This document shows positions 1 to 14,161 of a stretch of 64,000 bases of DNA, one piece after another (within the stretch, counting starts at the first letter, position 1; each line of letters starts with the position of its first letter). The stretch lies in the NCBI RefSeq assembly GCF_009914755.1, contig NC_060933.1, one strand, 5' to 3'. Both the position numbers and the translations under genes were made by a program. This DNA is from the human T2T-CHM13v2.0 reference genome, Homo sapiens. The notes under the pieces are model-generated. The model saw only the letters and a list, made by a program, of their open reading frames with translations, was not told the origin of the DNA and ran no database searches.

Positions 1-62
1 TATGTATGTATATATATACATACATATATATATAGACAGAGAGAGAGAGAGAGAGAGAGATA
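1..62. repeat. (TA/TATG)n-(GA)n compound microsatellite
   Basis: Seen directly at the window start. Confidence 0.9.
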
Positions 63-81
63 TGTTTGCATGTATAGTTAG

Positions 82-439
82 TGATATGGTTTGGCTCTGT
101 GTCCCCTCCCAAATCTCATCTCAAATTGTACACTCATAATTCCCATGTGTTGTGGGAGGGACCCTGTGGGAGATAATTTGAATCATGAGGGCAGTTTCCC
201 CCATACTGTTCTCGTAGTATGTGTGAGTAAGTCTCACAAGATCTGATGGTTTTATCAGGGGTTTCCGCTTTTGCATCCTCTTCATTTTCTCTTGCCACCG
301 CCATGTAAGAAGTGCCTTTCGCCACCTGCCGTAATTCTAAGGCCTCCCTAGTCATGTGGAAATATAAGTCCAATTAAACCTCTTTTTCTTCCCAGTCTCA
401 GGTATGTCTTTACAAGCAGCATGAAAATGGACTAATACA
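82..439 (+). mobile_element. THE1A solo LTR (ERVL-MaLR)
   Basis: Starts TGATATGGTTTGGCTCTGTG and ends GGACTAATACA; THE1A-type core ATCAGGGGTTTCCGCTTTTGCATC; 5-bp TSD GTTAG/GTCAG. Confidence 0.92.
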
Positions 440-889
440 GTCAGATAGATGATAGATATAGATATAGAAGTAGATATATAGGTATGGATTTAATGTAATT
501 GTTGTTAGCAATGAATTATGAGCAAATTGTCTGTAGAATGCAAGACAGAAAGAAGCCTTCTTTCTATGCTGAGTTTATCCATATTCCTATGACACTGATA
601 ATTAACACTGTACCAATTAATTAATTAGTACAATTAACATGTATTGATTAGTCACTGTCCATAAGCAAAGCCCCGAGTTTGACTGAGGTGTAAATTCAGT
701 GTGTGGCTCTAGTATGAATGAATGAATAAATCATATTGATGTGCGTCATGGGGGCAAGGCATAGATTTACTGTGCTAATCCACGAAGATTTCTTAAAGAG
801 TTAATCACTAGACATAATGTATAATGTCAATAATGGACATAATGATGGATTAAAAATGTCAATGGTAGAAATAATGATGGCAATACAGA

Positions 890-1110
890 AAAGAGTTACA
901 TTTTATTGGATATCTGGTGTTTGTCTAAAATAATTCTTACTACTTTATCTATACTCTCACAATAAATCCTCATAAGAACACATTGAGACAGAAGTCATTA
1001 GCTGCTCATTATTGAACAGGAAACTGAGAATCAAGGAGGTTAACTCAAAACCCCAATTCACTCAGCTAGTAAGTGACAGAACTGGGATTTCACCCTAGGT
1101 CTGCTTGTCT
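890..1110 (-). mobile_element. MIR SINE fossil
   Basis: Degenerate MIR core in reverse: GAAACTGAG...AGGTTAA...CAGCTAGTAAGTGACAGAACTGGGATTT. Confidence 0.65.
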
Positions 1111-2073
1111 TTAAAATCCCTCCCTCCTCCACCCTTCTTTCTATTTTTCACCCTCCCCCACTTTTTCTTCTCCCCTCTTCTTTTTCTTCTCCTTTTTCTT
1201 CTTCTTCGTCCACTCCTTAATGCTAGCTAAGCTCATAGATGTCTTCTTTGATGTATTATCCCTGATATCCTTTTCAAGAGTAAAATGATTAAAAATATAA
1301 GCATAAACATTTATTGACACCTACTTTTTACAAAGCACTGTGGCATTAAAACTTGCAATTTATAAAAGAATGGGGCAATAGAGCACATGTTTGCTAAATG
1401 CTTATGATGAATCAGGTACTATATATTTTACATTACCACTTTTTAATCTTCTCAATAACAATATCTATTTTATTCTCATTTTACAAGTGAAGGGACTGCA
1501 GCCAAGAAAGTGTAAGGAAGAAACTGGTATAGAATTACATGTCCTGTAGAAACTCTGACTTGCCTAAATAGTAACCAATTCAGGCAATGTCTTTTTAGCT
1601 GGGCCAAGACACACAGAAAGGAGTGATGCTCTGAACCTCTAGGACTGAAGGGCTTGCACAGCCCCTGTGCTCAAGCACACACAGAGCCTCAAATGGAATG
1701 TTTTGGAGACATTCTTATACAGAATATGGGAGGTATAAATTCCAGAGGGCCATTTGATGGTAAGTTATCAAATAGGTAAAAGAGTTTATTGGCTGACCGA
1801 ACAGTTACATTCCTATAAATGATATGATGAATGCTAAAAAAAAATGCATGTATACAGTGATGCTCTTTGTGCATGCTCTTAAAAGAAATAGTAAACAAAA
1901 ATGGTATAAAGTAAAAGTTAAACTCAAATAATATAGACACTTCATAAAATAATAGCATTGTCATACAATGGAACAAAACGCAGCTGTTAAGATGACTTAC
2001 ACCCATATTCAATGACATGAAAACATGTCTAATGTATAGCCCAGGTAAGAAGCATTTCAAAACTATGTATTAG

Positions 2074-2219
2074 GGCTGGGCATGGTGGTTTACACCTATA
2101 ATCCTAGCACATTAGTAGAGCAAGGTGGGAGGAACACATGAGCCCAGGAGTTTGAGACCAACCTGGGCAACATAGTGAGATCCTATCTCTTTAAAAAACA
2201 GAACAAAACAAAACAAAAT
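2074..2219 (+). mobile_element. FLAM/AluJ-type left monomer, inserted in an old L1ME-like 3' fragment (about 1810-2400)
   Basis: GGCTGGGCATGGTGG...GAGCCCAGGAGTTTGAGACC...A-rich tail; TSD CTATGTATTAG at 2063-2073 and 2220-2230. Confidence 0.9.
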
Positions 2220-5200
2220 CTATGTATTAGATACTGAATAAATCCATATTTCTAGAATTAACACACACATATACACCTGAAAAAAATGTGTATGAACCCA
2301 CAACTTTATTTTTGATTGGCTTTTGATTGTGGGATGAAGAATAATCTATACTTCTTTCTTAAAATTTTCCCAAATTTTTTGTTTTCTAATAATATAAACT
2401 AATATTTATTGAATGCTTACAGTGTGAAAAATAACTTATTTATACTTCTTTCATTATCACAATAATCCCTATTTTAATATTATGCAACCTGAGGCACAGA
2501 GAGGCTGATAGGCTACCCAAGAGAGTGGCAGAGCTCAAATTTAAGTAGATTTTCTGCTTCTGCAAGCTCACGGTCCTATCTACTACTTTATACTACAATT
2601 GCTACTTAACAATTTTGACATTAAAAAGTACAATTGAACAACACTAATAAAAATAACTTAAAATTTTTGCTTCCAGAAAATGCACAATTATCTGTTAATT
2701 TTACACAACATAATAAGTGGAGTTTCCACTATTTCATCATTTAAAGGCTAAGCCATTCTTCATTTTCAGGTGTCTCCATTTCTTTATTTTTGACAACATG
2801 TCTTTCAGAAGATACTTAAAATAGATATTGTCTAATGTTTTCTTAACTCCTGGGAAAGATTGCCGCACGGAATTATTTAGCATCCAAGGTGTCATGGGAT
2901 GTTTTAAGAGGTAGAGTATGTGGTTTTAGTGGTGGTATGGTTGTTTCTTTTTGTAGAGGAATTTATGGATTGCCAAGTGTCAAACTCAAGAGGTTTAATT
3001 GCAATTTAACTTCCAAGCCACAGCCTTCAAATGTATTTGGGACTTTATAAGACATAGTACAGCTCCCCTGAGACCCCACCACCCTGTGGGCTGCTCTATC
3101 ATGGTACTTATCATGGTTCCTAAAGCAGTTTGACTTTTTGTCTAGATGTTTCATTAGACTGAAAGCTGGATCCGTCTTGTCAACTGCTGCATCCTCAGAA
3201 CTTAAACATTCAGCTTATTCTGAAGTCTGCTAGTTCGTAGGGCCAGGAAGTTCTCAAAATGCTAGTATTGAATGCAGGGTGCATCTCCTCTCCTATCCCC
3301 CTTAAAGCTATTTTAAAAAGTGTGCGACATTTCTGCATTCTGTAAATCAAGATGGAATCTATCTCTTGGAGGAGACTTTTAGATGTGCCTTTGTTACCTT
3401 AGAGATATAGGTAATTTATCACTTATTGTTCTAAGGAAAGTTTAGAACCAAAGTAATAATGTAGAGGGTTTGTCCTCAGTCTAGAATGTAAGGTTCTCAA
3501 ACAAAGGATGTTCATTTTAAGCAGAAGGCATCTCTCAGTGATGATGATGATGCTGATTTTAATTTCTTCAATGTTCTGGTGGGGTTAAGAGACAGCAGGG
3601 GTTAAGGCGACCTGAGAAAAGCAACTTTTCTCCTGTGACACCTCAAATGCTGAGAAAAATGACCATGGGGGTGTCCTGTAAAGAGAATAAAGAGAAATGG
3701 TGTGTGTACTCAAGGGGGAGATATTTTGTATCCAGCTCTGGGTTTTTATTTATGCATTTTCACTCTCTTGTATCATGCTCAAGCCTTAGCAAAGTTTGAT
3801 AAAGTTGAGTGTTTTGTCTCAGCTGATGGAAAAGAAGTTGGGGGCATTGACCTGGAATGAGAGATGAGAAGCCCAGCTAAGATAGATTTGTGGAACATAC
3901 AATCACTTCCTAGGGATTCTCAGAATTATATGGGAAACAGGCAAGGCTTCCTGCATACTCAGTATTGGGACCTGGATCATATTATTTGGATGTGAAAGGG
4001 AAAGCTGCCCCAAGGAGGATAGAGAGCCTGGGGTCACTTGGCTTACATTTGGTTTAGAAAATTTAAGTTTCCTATAGGATAAAGAGCACAGGGAAGATAT
4101 CTGTCAAACATTTCATAGCCCAATTAACTGAATCAGTTATTTATTCCCAAATCACTATAGCTTTACAACCATAATTTGATTTCATATTCCCAAAGATACA
4201 CTTATCTGGTAAATATTTTATAGAGTTAAAATATCTTTGAGAAAACATAGGTTTTTCTGAATCCTGATATTGTGGCAATTTTATCAAAGCACAGTGAAGC
4301 TCCAGCTTAGAAAAATTAAAACCATGATCAGAAAACTGTCCTCATGAACCAATCTCTGTCTTTGCATCTCCAGCATAACTGAACAATTTTCATGCATTTC
4401 TAAGAACAAATTGCAAACAGACATCCCAAGAGGATGTTTTAACACATCACCAATTTGGAAACGATGGCTGGAAATGTCAGCTAGGAGAAACTTTTAGACA
4501 CATATGATGGGATGGACCAGCCATAGGCACATATCTCTTAGACTGAGAGTGGTAAACCTAAGAACTGGAGAAGCAGGGTTAAAAGAACAAGCCCACTAGT
4601 CTTCTCCTCCATGAATATATGTGATTACTACAGTGTCTCCTTATCCTCTCAAAGGATTGCTGTCTTTGGCAAAGCTAAGGATCTGAACGGCAAAAGGAGG
4701 TGATTGATGGTCCATGATTGGATTTCCAGAGCAGAAGCTGAAACCTCTGAGTACTGACTCCACCTCCTTGACTTCTCCCCTGCCACCTCCTCCTTAACTG
4801 ATGGCCAGTGGCCAACTGAGAGTCCCAACCAGGGAAAGCCATTTCCTCTCCCCAGCATGTCTGGAGGGCATCATCATCTTCTGTGCCCATTTCTCAGGTG
4901 TATTGCCACATCAGTATATGATCTGAGATGGTATCTCCAGCTTCCTAAACAACTAAGGGAGATCACAGATCAAAGGCTTTGGGAGGAAAGGCAAGGCCAG
5001 TAGCAAGGGGAATTCTTTCCAGAAGAAAAAGGTAATCACTTCTCAAGACATAATCTGACCCAAGCCAGTTAATATCATTTGCATCTTGCATGACTTTTGT
5101 TAATGGGGCTCAGTCAACTTGACATTTTTAAATGTTTCATTGTTTTAGTTCTTCTAGATAAAATCATGACTGTTCATTGAACTGTTGTATAGACTATAGA

Positions 5201-5984
5201 CTAAATAAAAGTGGCTTTTAATGTGTATAATGACTAATCTACTCCATTTTTAACCACAACTGAAAGCTATGAATGAATGTTAAAATTTTGTATCAAAGAT
5301 ACTCAAACTTTTGGAGTTTTTCTTTATTTGGAAAGACAGAAATGTTTACTTTTTATTGTTACCACTCTCATTTTACATAGAATAAAATGAAGATTAAATT
5401 AGCTAAAGACTTGAAATGGGACAAAGCTGGGAGTATTCCAGGTTGGATGAGACGGAAGCAGTGTCCTATCATGAAAAAAGTATTGATAACAAGTATCAGA
5501 CAACTTTGCCCACTGTCTTGGGCTTGGAGATACAGTGGCTAGAAAATTATGCCCTCTGCCTCCAGGGACATCAGTCTCACATGGGAGGTCTCTCAGAAGC
5601 AGAAAATTGCAGTAGAGAAATGCAATCTGGTAAGTGCTACAAGGGGAGAAGAAGACAAACTGGGAGGCCACCCTTTCTAATGGGGGGGGAAATGTGATAT
5701 GCCAAGGAAAACTCTGAATGGACTGAGGAGACAGAAAGAGTTGTGTACTCACTCTAAATAGTTATTTAAATGTGGCTGGGACACAGTGTATGTGGATGTA
5801 AGCAAGTCATGATGAGGTGGCTGTTGAGAAATAAAGCTCAACCAAGATTCAAGGATGAGATTCTGGAGGACCTTGTGTTCTAGCATTTTTAACATGATTC
5901 CAGGGCAATGGAGAGCCAACAATCATTAGGTGACAGTTATTTATTTGTACATTTACTTGTCAGGTATTTGTCATGCATCTCGTA

Positions 5985-6910
5985 CTTTTTATTTAACAAA
6001 CATTTATTGAACACATAAAGGCACTGGAGACAAAGCAGAAAAATAAATAAACACAAAAACAAACAAACAAAAGACAGACAAATCCTTCTTCCTTGAAGGA
6101 GCAGATGGCAGTTTTAGATGTAGTAGTCAGGGAAAACCTCACTGAGAAGGTGGCATTCGGGCAAAGATATGAAGGAGGTGAAGGGTAAGCCATGTGGGTA
6201 TCCATGAGAAAAACATCCTAGGCAAAGGGGAAAACCAGGGCAAAGGTCTACAGGAAAGAGGGTATTGGGTGTGTTTGAGGAACACCAAGAAAGCTCATGG
6301 GGCTGGAGAGGAGATGAATCTAGAGAGATGACAGACCATGTGGAACATTGTGCAGGCTTTGGCGCTTACCCTGGATCAGAAGGGAAGCCACTGGAATGTT
6401 CTGAGTAGAAGCTTGAAGTACTAACGCTTCCAGTCCAGAACAATTCCTTGGAGTTGAGATGAAACAAGGACAGAAACAAAGAAACCAGTTAGGAGGCTGG
6501 TACATTAACCCAAGAATAAAAAATGGTGGTAACTTGGATTGTAGTCGAAGCAGTGCGTATGGTCAAAAGTTGTAGTGACACCCAACAAGATGTGTTGATC
6601 CATTGGAAGTGGTGTGCAAGGACAGATGGAAAGTCCAGAATGACTTCATGTTATCAGCTTGAGCACCTGACAGGATGGGGTTGTCCTTAGCTGTGTCCCA
6701 TGGGGAAGACGGTGGGAAAGAAGCTGGGAACATGTTGTGGGAGAAGATAAGAAGTTTAGTTTTTGATCAAAATATTGATTGCATATGCAAGTACAAAGAC
6801 AATTATTAAAATCAAAGTTTTGGGGACAGGTGTGGTATAGACATATAAATTTGGAGTTCTTTGGTCTATGGAAGGTATTTAGATGTAGAAGAATAAATGA
6901 AAACACTGAG
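5985..6910 (-). mobile_element. L2 (L2a-like) LINE fragment
   Basis: Reverse L2 3' tail CAAACATTTATTGA, then typical L2 body (CAGGGAAAACCTCACTGAGAAGGTGGCATT, TGTTTGAGGAAC, GGGAAGCCACTGGA). Confidence 0.75.
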
Positions 6911-7508
6911 AGTCAGACATCGTCAGACACTGGGACATTCAGCAGAGAGAAAAATAAACCAAATGCTTGTCCTTGAAGACCTCACAATAAATAAAAATAA
7001 ATAAATAGAACAAAGTACAAAAAGTAACGAGTAAAACAATATTATACTGATTTCTGGATGCAGAGTAGAGAACAACGTGGTAGGGAAGACAGACCTGAGA
7101 AGTTGCTTTTGCAATTCTCAGAGGACATCTTGTCTTGAATTTGGTGTCGGCAGTGGGAATAGAAAAAAGATTTGGGAGACACTAACAAGATTTGATCTGT
7201 AAAACTGGGTAATTTTTTTTAAGTCCACCAAAATATTTTGCTCAAAAGACACAAAAACAGTTTTTGGTACTTAAAAAAAAAAAAGGCAGCAAAGTGAGGT
7301 TGCAACTCATAGAATTGACCTTAGTTGTAATCCCCACTCCGTTTGCTTAACCCTTTTATTACAATTGGTGCCACTTTAACTTTTCTATGTTTTAGTTACC
7401 TTTTCTGTGAATGGGATAAATAACACTTTACAATGTTTCTACGAGTATTAAAGAAAAACTTACAGAGTAGCTCCTAGCAGGAAGGGTTAGTGTGGAATAG
7501 TTAGCAGG

Positions 7509-8093
7509 TGTAGGAGAGGAAAAAAATCACTTTTTCCTCTACCCAGCTTTGGTTCAATGGCTGGACCCCTGCAAATTAGACTAACAAATGACAGATTAAC
7601 AAGATAAGAACAAAGAGAAATTGACTAATATGTGCACTGCATTATTCAAAGGAATATTCAGTGATGAGTAATTTAAAGGGATGGGTATACCTTGGGCATA
7701 TATGTCATCTTAGAAAAGAACAATAAATTTGTAGACAATTGATAAGACAAAAGAAAATGACTTTGAGTTCTAGTGGTGGCAAATTGTAGGAAGGAAAATA
7801 TATGAGAAAACTAACGGAAGAATAGAGCTAATTAGTGAGGTTTGTTATGTAGATTCTCCTGGTACAGTCTTCAGTCTCAAGGATAATAAGGGTTTAGAAT
7901 TGTTTCAGGTGATTAAATTATGTCCTTTCTGGTAGAGAACGTGGGGTGGGGGGGGGTGCATCCTTATAAATTTATGTCCCACTTTTAGGCAAATAAGAGT
8001 AGGACAGAGAGCTTTTATTTTATCTGCTTCCTCTCAATTGTCTTCAGCTCCAAATAATCAATATGCCAAAGTGGCATATTCTGCTACCCTTCA
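7509..8093 (-). mobile_element. MER34-family solo LTR (ERV1)
   Basis: TG...CA termini; reverse of the MER34 5' end (ATGCCAAAGTGGCATATTCTG...CTTCA); perfect 4-bp TSD CAGG at 7505-7508 and 8094-8097. Confidence 0.8.
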
Positions 8094-8821
8094 CAGGTAT
8101 TCAGAAGTTATTACTTCTCTTTTTATCTAATTAAGAAGCTCAAAAACTTCATAAAATGAAATAAAAACAGAACTCATTAACTCAACTAAAAAAATGACTT
8201 TAGGCATGGTTGGATCCAAGCTTATCAAAGCTCAGCTTCTTTTCCTCTCTCACTCTGCTTTCAGATCTATCAGTTTTATCATCAGACAGGCTTTAACCAG
8301 ATAATGCAAGAGACTGAGGCTGTAAAAGCTGGCTATTCCAAGTGTCAGGCTACAAAATGTTATTTGTTTTGTCATCAAGGCTCCTTTTGTCCTACCTCAA
8401 GCGGAGCTATCTGTTAACTATTCCACCATCTATGTCCTTATGATATTGAATTGGTGCTGTGACTACAGGCAACCTCAGTGGAAAGAATGTCTCTTTTCCA
8501 ATATCTTCAGCAAACTTTCCAGATATGACTCTTGGCCCATCCTAGAATATGCTACATTCTTGACTATGGACAAGAGGTTGGAATTCTCTCATTTACCTAG
8601 GGCTGGAATCAGCCTCACCCAAACCTCATAGAGTAAGGTTAAGGGAGGATCAAGGAGGAAAAAATTTCAGTCCGCTATTTTACTTTTGCTATTTGATTAT
8701 ACTTTCAAATACTTCAAATGTTTCTGGCCACCAGGCTTCTCATTTTGTTATGTAGTAGCCATGATGGATTTCATGACTCAAAGACTATGACAACCTATAA
8801 ACTCTTTGTAAGAAGAAACCT

Positions 8822-8947
8822 TCACTTGAGCCTGGGAAGTCTAGGCTACAGTGAGCTGAGATCATGCCACTGCACTTCAGCCTGGGAGACAGAGAGAGAT
8901 TCTGTCAAAAAAACACAAGAACAAAAACAAACAAACAAACAAAAAAC
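8822..8947 (+). mobile_element. 5'-truncated AluJ right-arm fragment
   Basis: CACTTGAGCCTGGGAAG...CAGTGAGCTGAGATCATGCCACTGCAC...A-rich tail. Confidence 0.88.
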
Positions 8948-9659
8948 AGAATACAGAAAAGCAACCTTGTGCTTGGTAGGAAAGCCAGGCATATGCCCCT
9001 ACCCCTCCAACTACTTTCCATTCCTGCCTCCTCTTCATATCCTTCCATAGATAGCTGTCAAAACCATATTGCTTTGAAAAAACAAAATAGCATTTCAGTT
9101 CCACTCAGCCTTTTAACAACTGAAGATAGTAGTTAACTGTAAGACAAATAAAGGGATTCCTAAAGGCACAAGCACAGCATGACAAATTAGCAGGCTCATG
9201 GCCCTAGGATAGGAGAGAGCTTCCCACTCAGTCTGAATCACCAGCTCACTGGTGGGAATAATTTATTTGATGCAAATAAAAAAATTGAACATTTATAAAC
9301 CAGCTAAACAAGAAGCTTAAGGGGAGAGCTTCTGGTGCTTGGAAAAAAGAATTTATTCTCCATGGGAATTAGATGATTGGACATCTATCAGGACTTCGGA
9401 CATGCACACATCTGGTACAAATTGCTAGGATACTTAGTCACTTAGTAAAGTCCTCACCAGCACGTAGCTTTTGATTATAGACCTTGCTCTTCCACTGGAA
9501 AGCCTTTCCTCTAATGTGAGAAGGACATATTGGAACTGTCAATCATACCCCCAAAATAAACCTCTAACTTACTGCTCTCTATTTCAATGTCCTCACTAGA
9601 GTCTACTCTCTTGTCTAGAAAACTGGTGGCAGTAGTTAACAGGTTTTTCTGCTTATTCT

Positions 9660-10330
9660 TTTTTTAAAATAATCTTTTTATTTGAGAATAATTTTAAATT
9701 TACAGAACGGTTCCAAAAATAATACAGATAGCTTTTGTAGATCTCTCATCTGGTTTCTCCTAGTATTAACATCTTACAACACCACAGCACATTTATCACA
9801 ACTAAGAATCCAAAATTGGTACATTACCATTAACTAAACTGCAGACTTTATTCAGGTTTAACCAATTTTTATGCTGACATCATTTTTCTCTTCCAGGATA
9901 CCACATAGCATGTAGTCATCATATCTCATTAGTGTCCTCTGGTCTGTGACAATGTCTGTCCTTTCCTGCTTTTCCTGCCTTGACAGCTTTGTGGAGTACC
10001 TGAGGCCAGAAATTTTCACCAGTGAACCCAGTTCATGTTTTTCTGATGTTTGCCTCATTAAACTAAGTTTATAGATTTGGGAAAAGAATCTCACAGAGTT
10101 GAAGTTCCCTCCCTATCACATTACATTAGAAGGTACTTATTATCAGAATGGCCTATTGTTGGTGACATTAACCTTGATTATTTAGTTAAGGAAGTGTTTG
10201 CCAGTTGGTTTGTTAGTTTTTTTTTTTATATAAAGTTACTACTTTGCCCTTTCCCACACTCTACATATTGGATGTGAATTGCTAAGTATAGCCCACACCC
10301 AAGGTGGTAGTGTTGTGGTAGACCTGGTGG
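9660..10330 (-). mobile_element. Old L1 (L1MC4/5-like) 3' end
   Basis: Reverse T-rich tail, then AATTTTAAATTTACAGAA...TATTAACATCTTACA...ACTAAACTGCAGACTTTATTCAG, typical of L1MC 3' UTRs. Confidence 0.7.
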
Positions 10331-10947
10331 GAAGAATTGCCTATTTCTATTTTTATCCAGTGCAAATTCATTATACACATTGAGTGCACTTTTTAAAAAG
10401 CAATAAACAAACAAATAGAAAACAAATTAAATTAGGTAACTCTCTTACCTAATACCTTTCAGTGCCTTCCCAATCTCCTCAGGAGAAATCTGAAATCTTG
10501 TTGATATTGTGCCATTAATTGAACTGTACAATAACCTTAACCCCTCTCCCCTGAGACACACCCAACTTCTTATTTCTCTAACTCCTACTTACTTTCAGGT
10601 CTCAACTCCAGTGTCACTTCCTCAGAGAAGCCACTGTGAATTCCCCTAAAATTGAAATTAGTTTCCCCTACTGTCACTTTTTATTAATGTACTGTTCCTT
10701 GTAGAGATAACTACAAATTATCACAATTTATAAATTTGTAATTCTGTATTCATTTAGTTGACATTTGCCTCCTCCATGAATTTACAAGGATAATGTGGTC
10801 AGAGCTATGTTTATTTTTTTTATCAGTTATACAGCTCTTAGCACGAGCAGGATTTTGTACATAGGCAACAGCAAATAACTCTGGATAATTAAGCAGAAAC
10901 AAGTTGTTAAAAGAATAAGAAGTCACAATTCACAGTGTTGCTGGTAA

Positions 10948-11085
10948 TGTTGACCCAAAAAAGCCAAACTCTGTAAAATACTTGAAGAGATTTATTCTGA
11001 GACAAATGTGAGTGACCATGGCCCAAGGCACTGTCTCAAGAGGTCCTGAGAACATGTCCCCAAGGTGAGGTGGTTGGGTTACTTT
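10948..11085 (-). mobile_element. MER4-family LTR 3' fragment (ERV1)
   Basis: TGTTGAC...AAGCCAAACTCTGTAAAATA.TTGAAGAGATTTATTCTGAG is the reverse of the MER4 LTR 3' end; truncated at the GGAA repeat. Confidence 0.8.
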
Positions 11086-11174
11086 AGGAAAGAAGGAAGG
11101 AAGGAAGGATGGAAAGAAAGAAGGAAGGAAGGAAGGAAGGAAGGAAGGAAGGAAGGAAGGAAGGAAACAGGAAG
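11086..11174. repeat. (GGAA)n microsatellite
   Basis: 11 uninterrupted GGAA units at 11123-11166 plus degenerate units upstream. Confidence 0.95.
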
Positions 11175-13114
11175 TTTGTGCCATTCAATTTTTGATTCAT
11201 CTGACTCCAGATTTACCAAGAAAACATCTGACAATAATTTGACATTTCATGAGGAACCAGCCACTGGAAAAGAATAAGCTGTTCAGACTGCCTGGAATTT
11301 CTCACTGTTAACTGAAAAACTGGCTTTTGACTAAGATGTGGTGTACCCTGTAGCTTGGTACAGGGAAGGAATGTACTGACCTCAGGGACACTCATATTCC
11401 AGTCCATGTGACAGTTATATTTTGCAATATCAGTTAATAAATTAAATTTACAATTTTGTAGTTAATTCCTGAGAGTTTAATTACTGTGATTCTCATCCGA
11501 AGAGATGAATTTGCTCTTAAATGGGTACGCTTAGCATAGGGAATGCAAGCCTCTATAATTATGTTGGCAACGTTTTATTTCCTAAACTGAATGGTAGGTA
11601 TATGGGCTTTCATTTATTCTTTGTCACATTTTGTGTATTGAAATCTTTTATAATGTATTTTCAAATAAAATGCAATAAAAGGAAGAATGGTTTAATGAAT
11701 GAAGAATGAATTTGCTTTTAGAAGATATTACTTTAGCCCAGATTAACCACTTTTTCATTTCCTTCTACTTTACCCTCCAACAACACTGAATTAATTGGAT
11801 GAATTTTCAGTTCCATCTCTGCTATGCTACTTCTTATACAGTTCCATGCCTTATTTCTTTTCTCCTGCCTTGGAAAGCTTTCCTTTATTCTTTCTTCTAG
11901 CCACTCCCTCTCACATATTTTTTTTTTAAAGACAACCCATAATCATCATACAAGACAATTCAGGAATTTGTTTCCTACTGAAGAGCCTTCTCTTTCAGTT
12001 TCTCCTACCCGTACTTACTGGAGAAGGCTCTACTCCTACCCATGCCTTATCTCCATCTCTCCCATCCAGTGGCATTATGTCCTCTGCTGCTCCAAACACA
12101 CTGCACTATCTGTTTACAGGTTTGCCTTGCCACCAACTAGAAACTGGCCAAGAGAAGGAACTAAGCCATATTCATTCCTTGACCTCCTGTACCCAGCAAT
12201 ATGCCCAACTCACATTTACTGAACTGACCCTAGGAAAGCTATGTCTCTGAAACGTAGTTGCCTCCATTATAAACACACACAGGCAGACATAGTATAGCCT
12301 GCAGCCAGTTTTTAGCCACATATTAGCTACTTAAAGCAAAGCTTGCTTTTCTATACTCCCAACACATCAAGGCTAACCCAATTTCCTTCTCTTAACAGTC
12401 AGTAAATTAAGGCTCAGACAGGGAGAGTAACCTGTACAAGATCGCACAGGAATGGAAAAGCAATTCAGAGCCAGAATTCAGGTCTCTTCCAATGGTACCT
12501 GTTGATGATCATGAAAAGCACGTTGTCAAACTTCCTGATGCCCCAATTCTGCAGAGCAGCTGGGTGGAAGTGGTTCTTACTGGCACAGCCCTTCAGCCAA
12601 ACCAGATCAGACTTCCAAAGAACAGCTTGTAGGAGTGTCCACAGTCAGTGGCCATTAACACGGCATTTTCACACTTCCTGGTGCCTGGCCTGCACCGGCA
12701 GGTCTGCTTCCTTTTGGTCAGTTTCACTGGCAGACACAGTAAGTAATCTGTGTACCCTTTGAAGGCCTTTTCCCTAGGGCCTTGTTAGCCTAGGCTCTTG
12801 GAGCCTTGGCTGAGACTGTCCTTTCCATATTCTGCTGACCTGAAGTCATCTGGTGCAAATGGAAACAGAGGAGCTGGCTCTCTGGAAATGAGTCTTACAA
12901 AAACAAGTTGCTTTCTTTTCAAACTGTGAATTCCATTAACCAACTGGAATGGCCTTTATGTATTTGGCATCAGATATAGACTTGCCCTCCTTTTGCCCCT
13001 TCAGAATTTTGGAGATAATAATGTTCTACCCTTGGGCATTTCCAGAGCCAACCTGGAGGGAACATTTTAGCATGGATTTCCCAGCTGGTTGTTTTCTTTT
13101 TTAGAAAGTGCATC

Positions 13115-13428
<314 letters not shown>

Positions 13429-13974
13429 TAATTGCTGGTCTGCATTGATATGCTTGAGAATGCACAACTGAGTTACCACCCCTTCTTGCCTCTCTTCTGA
13501 TTCTAGAGGGAAACTCTGTGATAGCCTCATCTATTGCCAAACAGATCAGAGTATGAGCATTCTCAAAGCTAGAAGGCCCTTCAGCAGCACCTGGGTAAAT
13601 CTTTAATCTTTATGAATGAGCATGAAAGTCTGAAAAGGGAAGAACTTTGACCAAGCATACCCAATATTAGAATTGGGACTAAACCCAGGTTTTCTGGCTC
13701 CTGATGTAGATCTCAGAACTTCAAGGCATTTTCAAGCAACAAACAAGAACAAAAAAGGGCCTCAAACATTGATAATATTGATAAAAAATTTTCTATCAGT
13801 TTATCTTTCAAATTCCCTCTTCATTCCCTCTCTTGCTTCCTTTGTTTATTCATTTGTTTACTCTTAATTCTTCATCTGTGTTTCTTTTGCCTCAAATTCT
13901 TTTCTACTCCCTTCAATTTGTCCTTCAAACGCAGGTCTGTGAAGTTCAGTGAAGTTTTTTTCATGTCCTGGGAC

Positions 13975-14161
13975 AAATAGTTCCAAACCTAACTGTGTCT
14001 AAATTATTGGAGAACTTTTTTGAAGGAAGAAATCCCCGTACTTAATGTGTGAAAATTCACAAACAAGAGGCCTAGAGTAGGTGCAGAAATTTGCATTTTT
14101 GAGAAGCACACCAGATTATTTGGGTGCATTAAGTAAAACAAAACAAGTTTTGGTACAACTG
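13975..14161. mobile_element. MER5-like hAT-Charlie DNA transposon fossil
   Basis: MER5-type motif GAAATTTGCATTTTTGAGAAGCACACCAGATTATT with degenerate terminal repeats. Confidence 0.5.
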
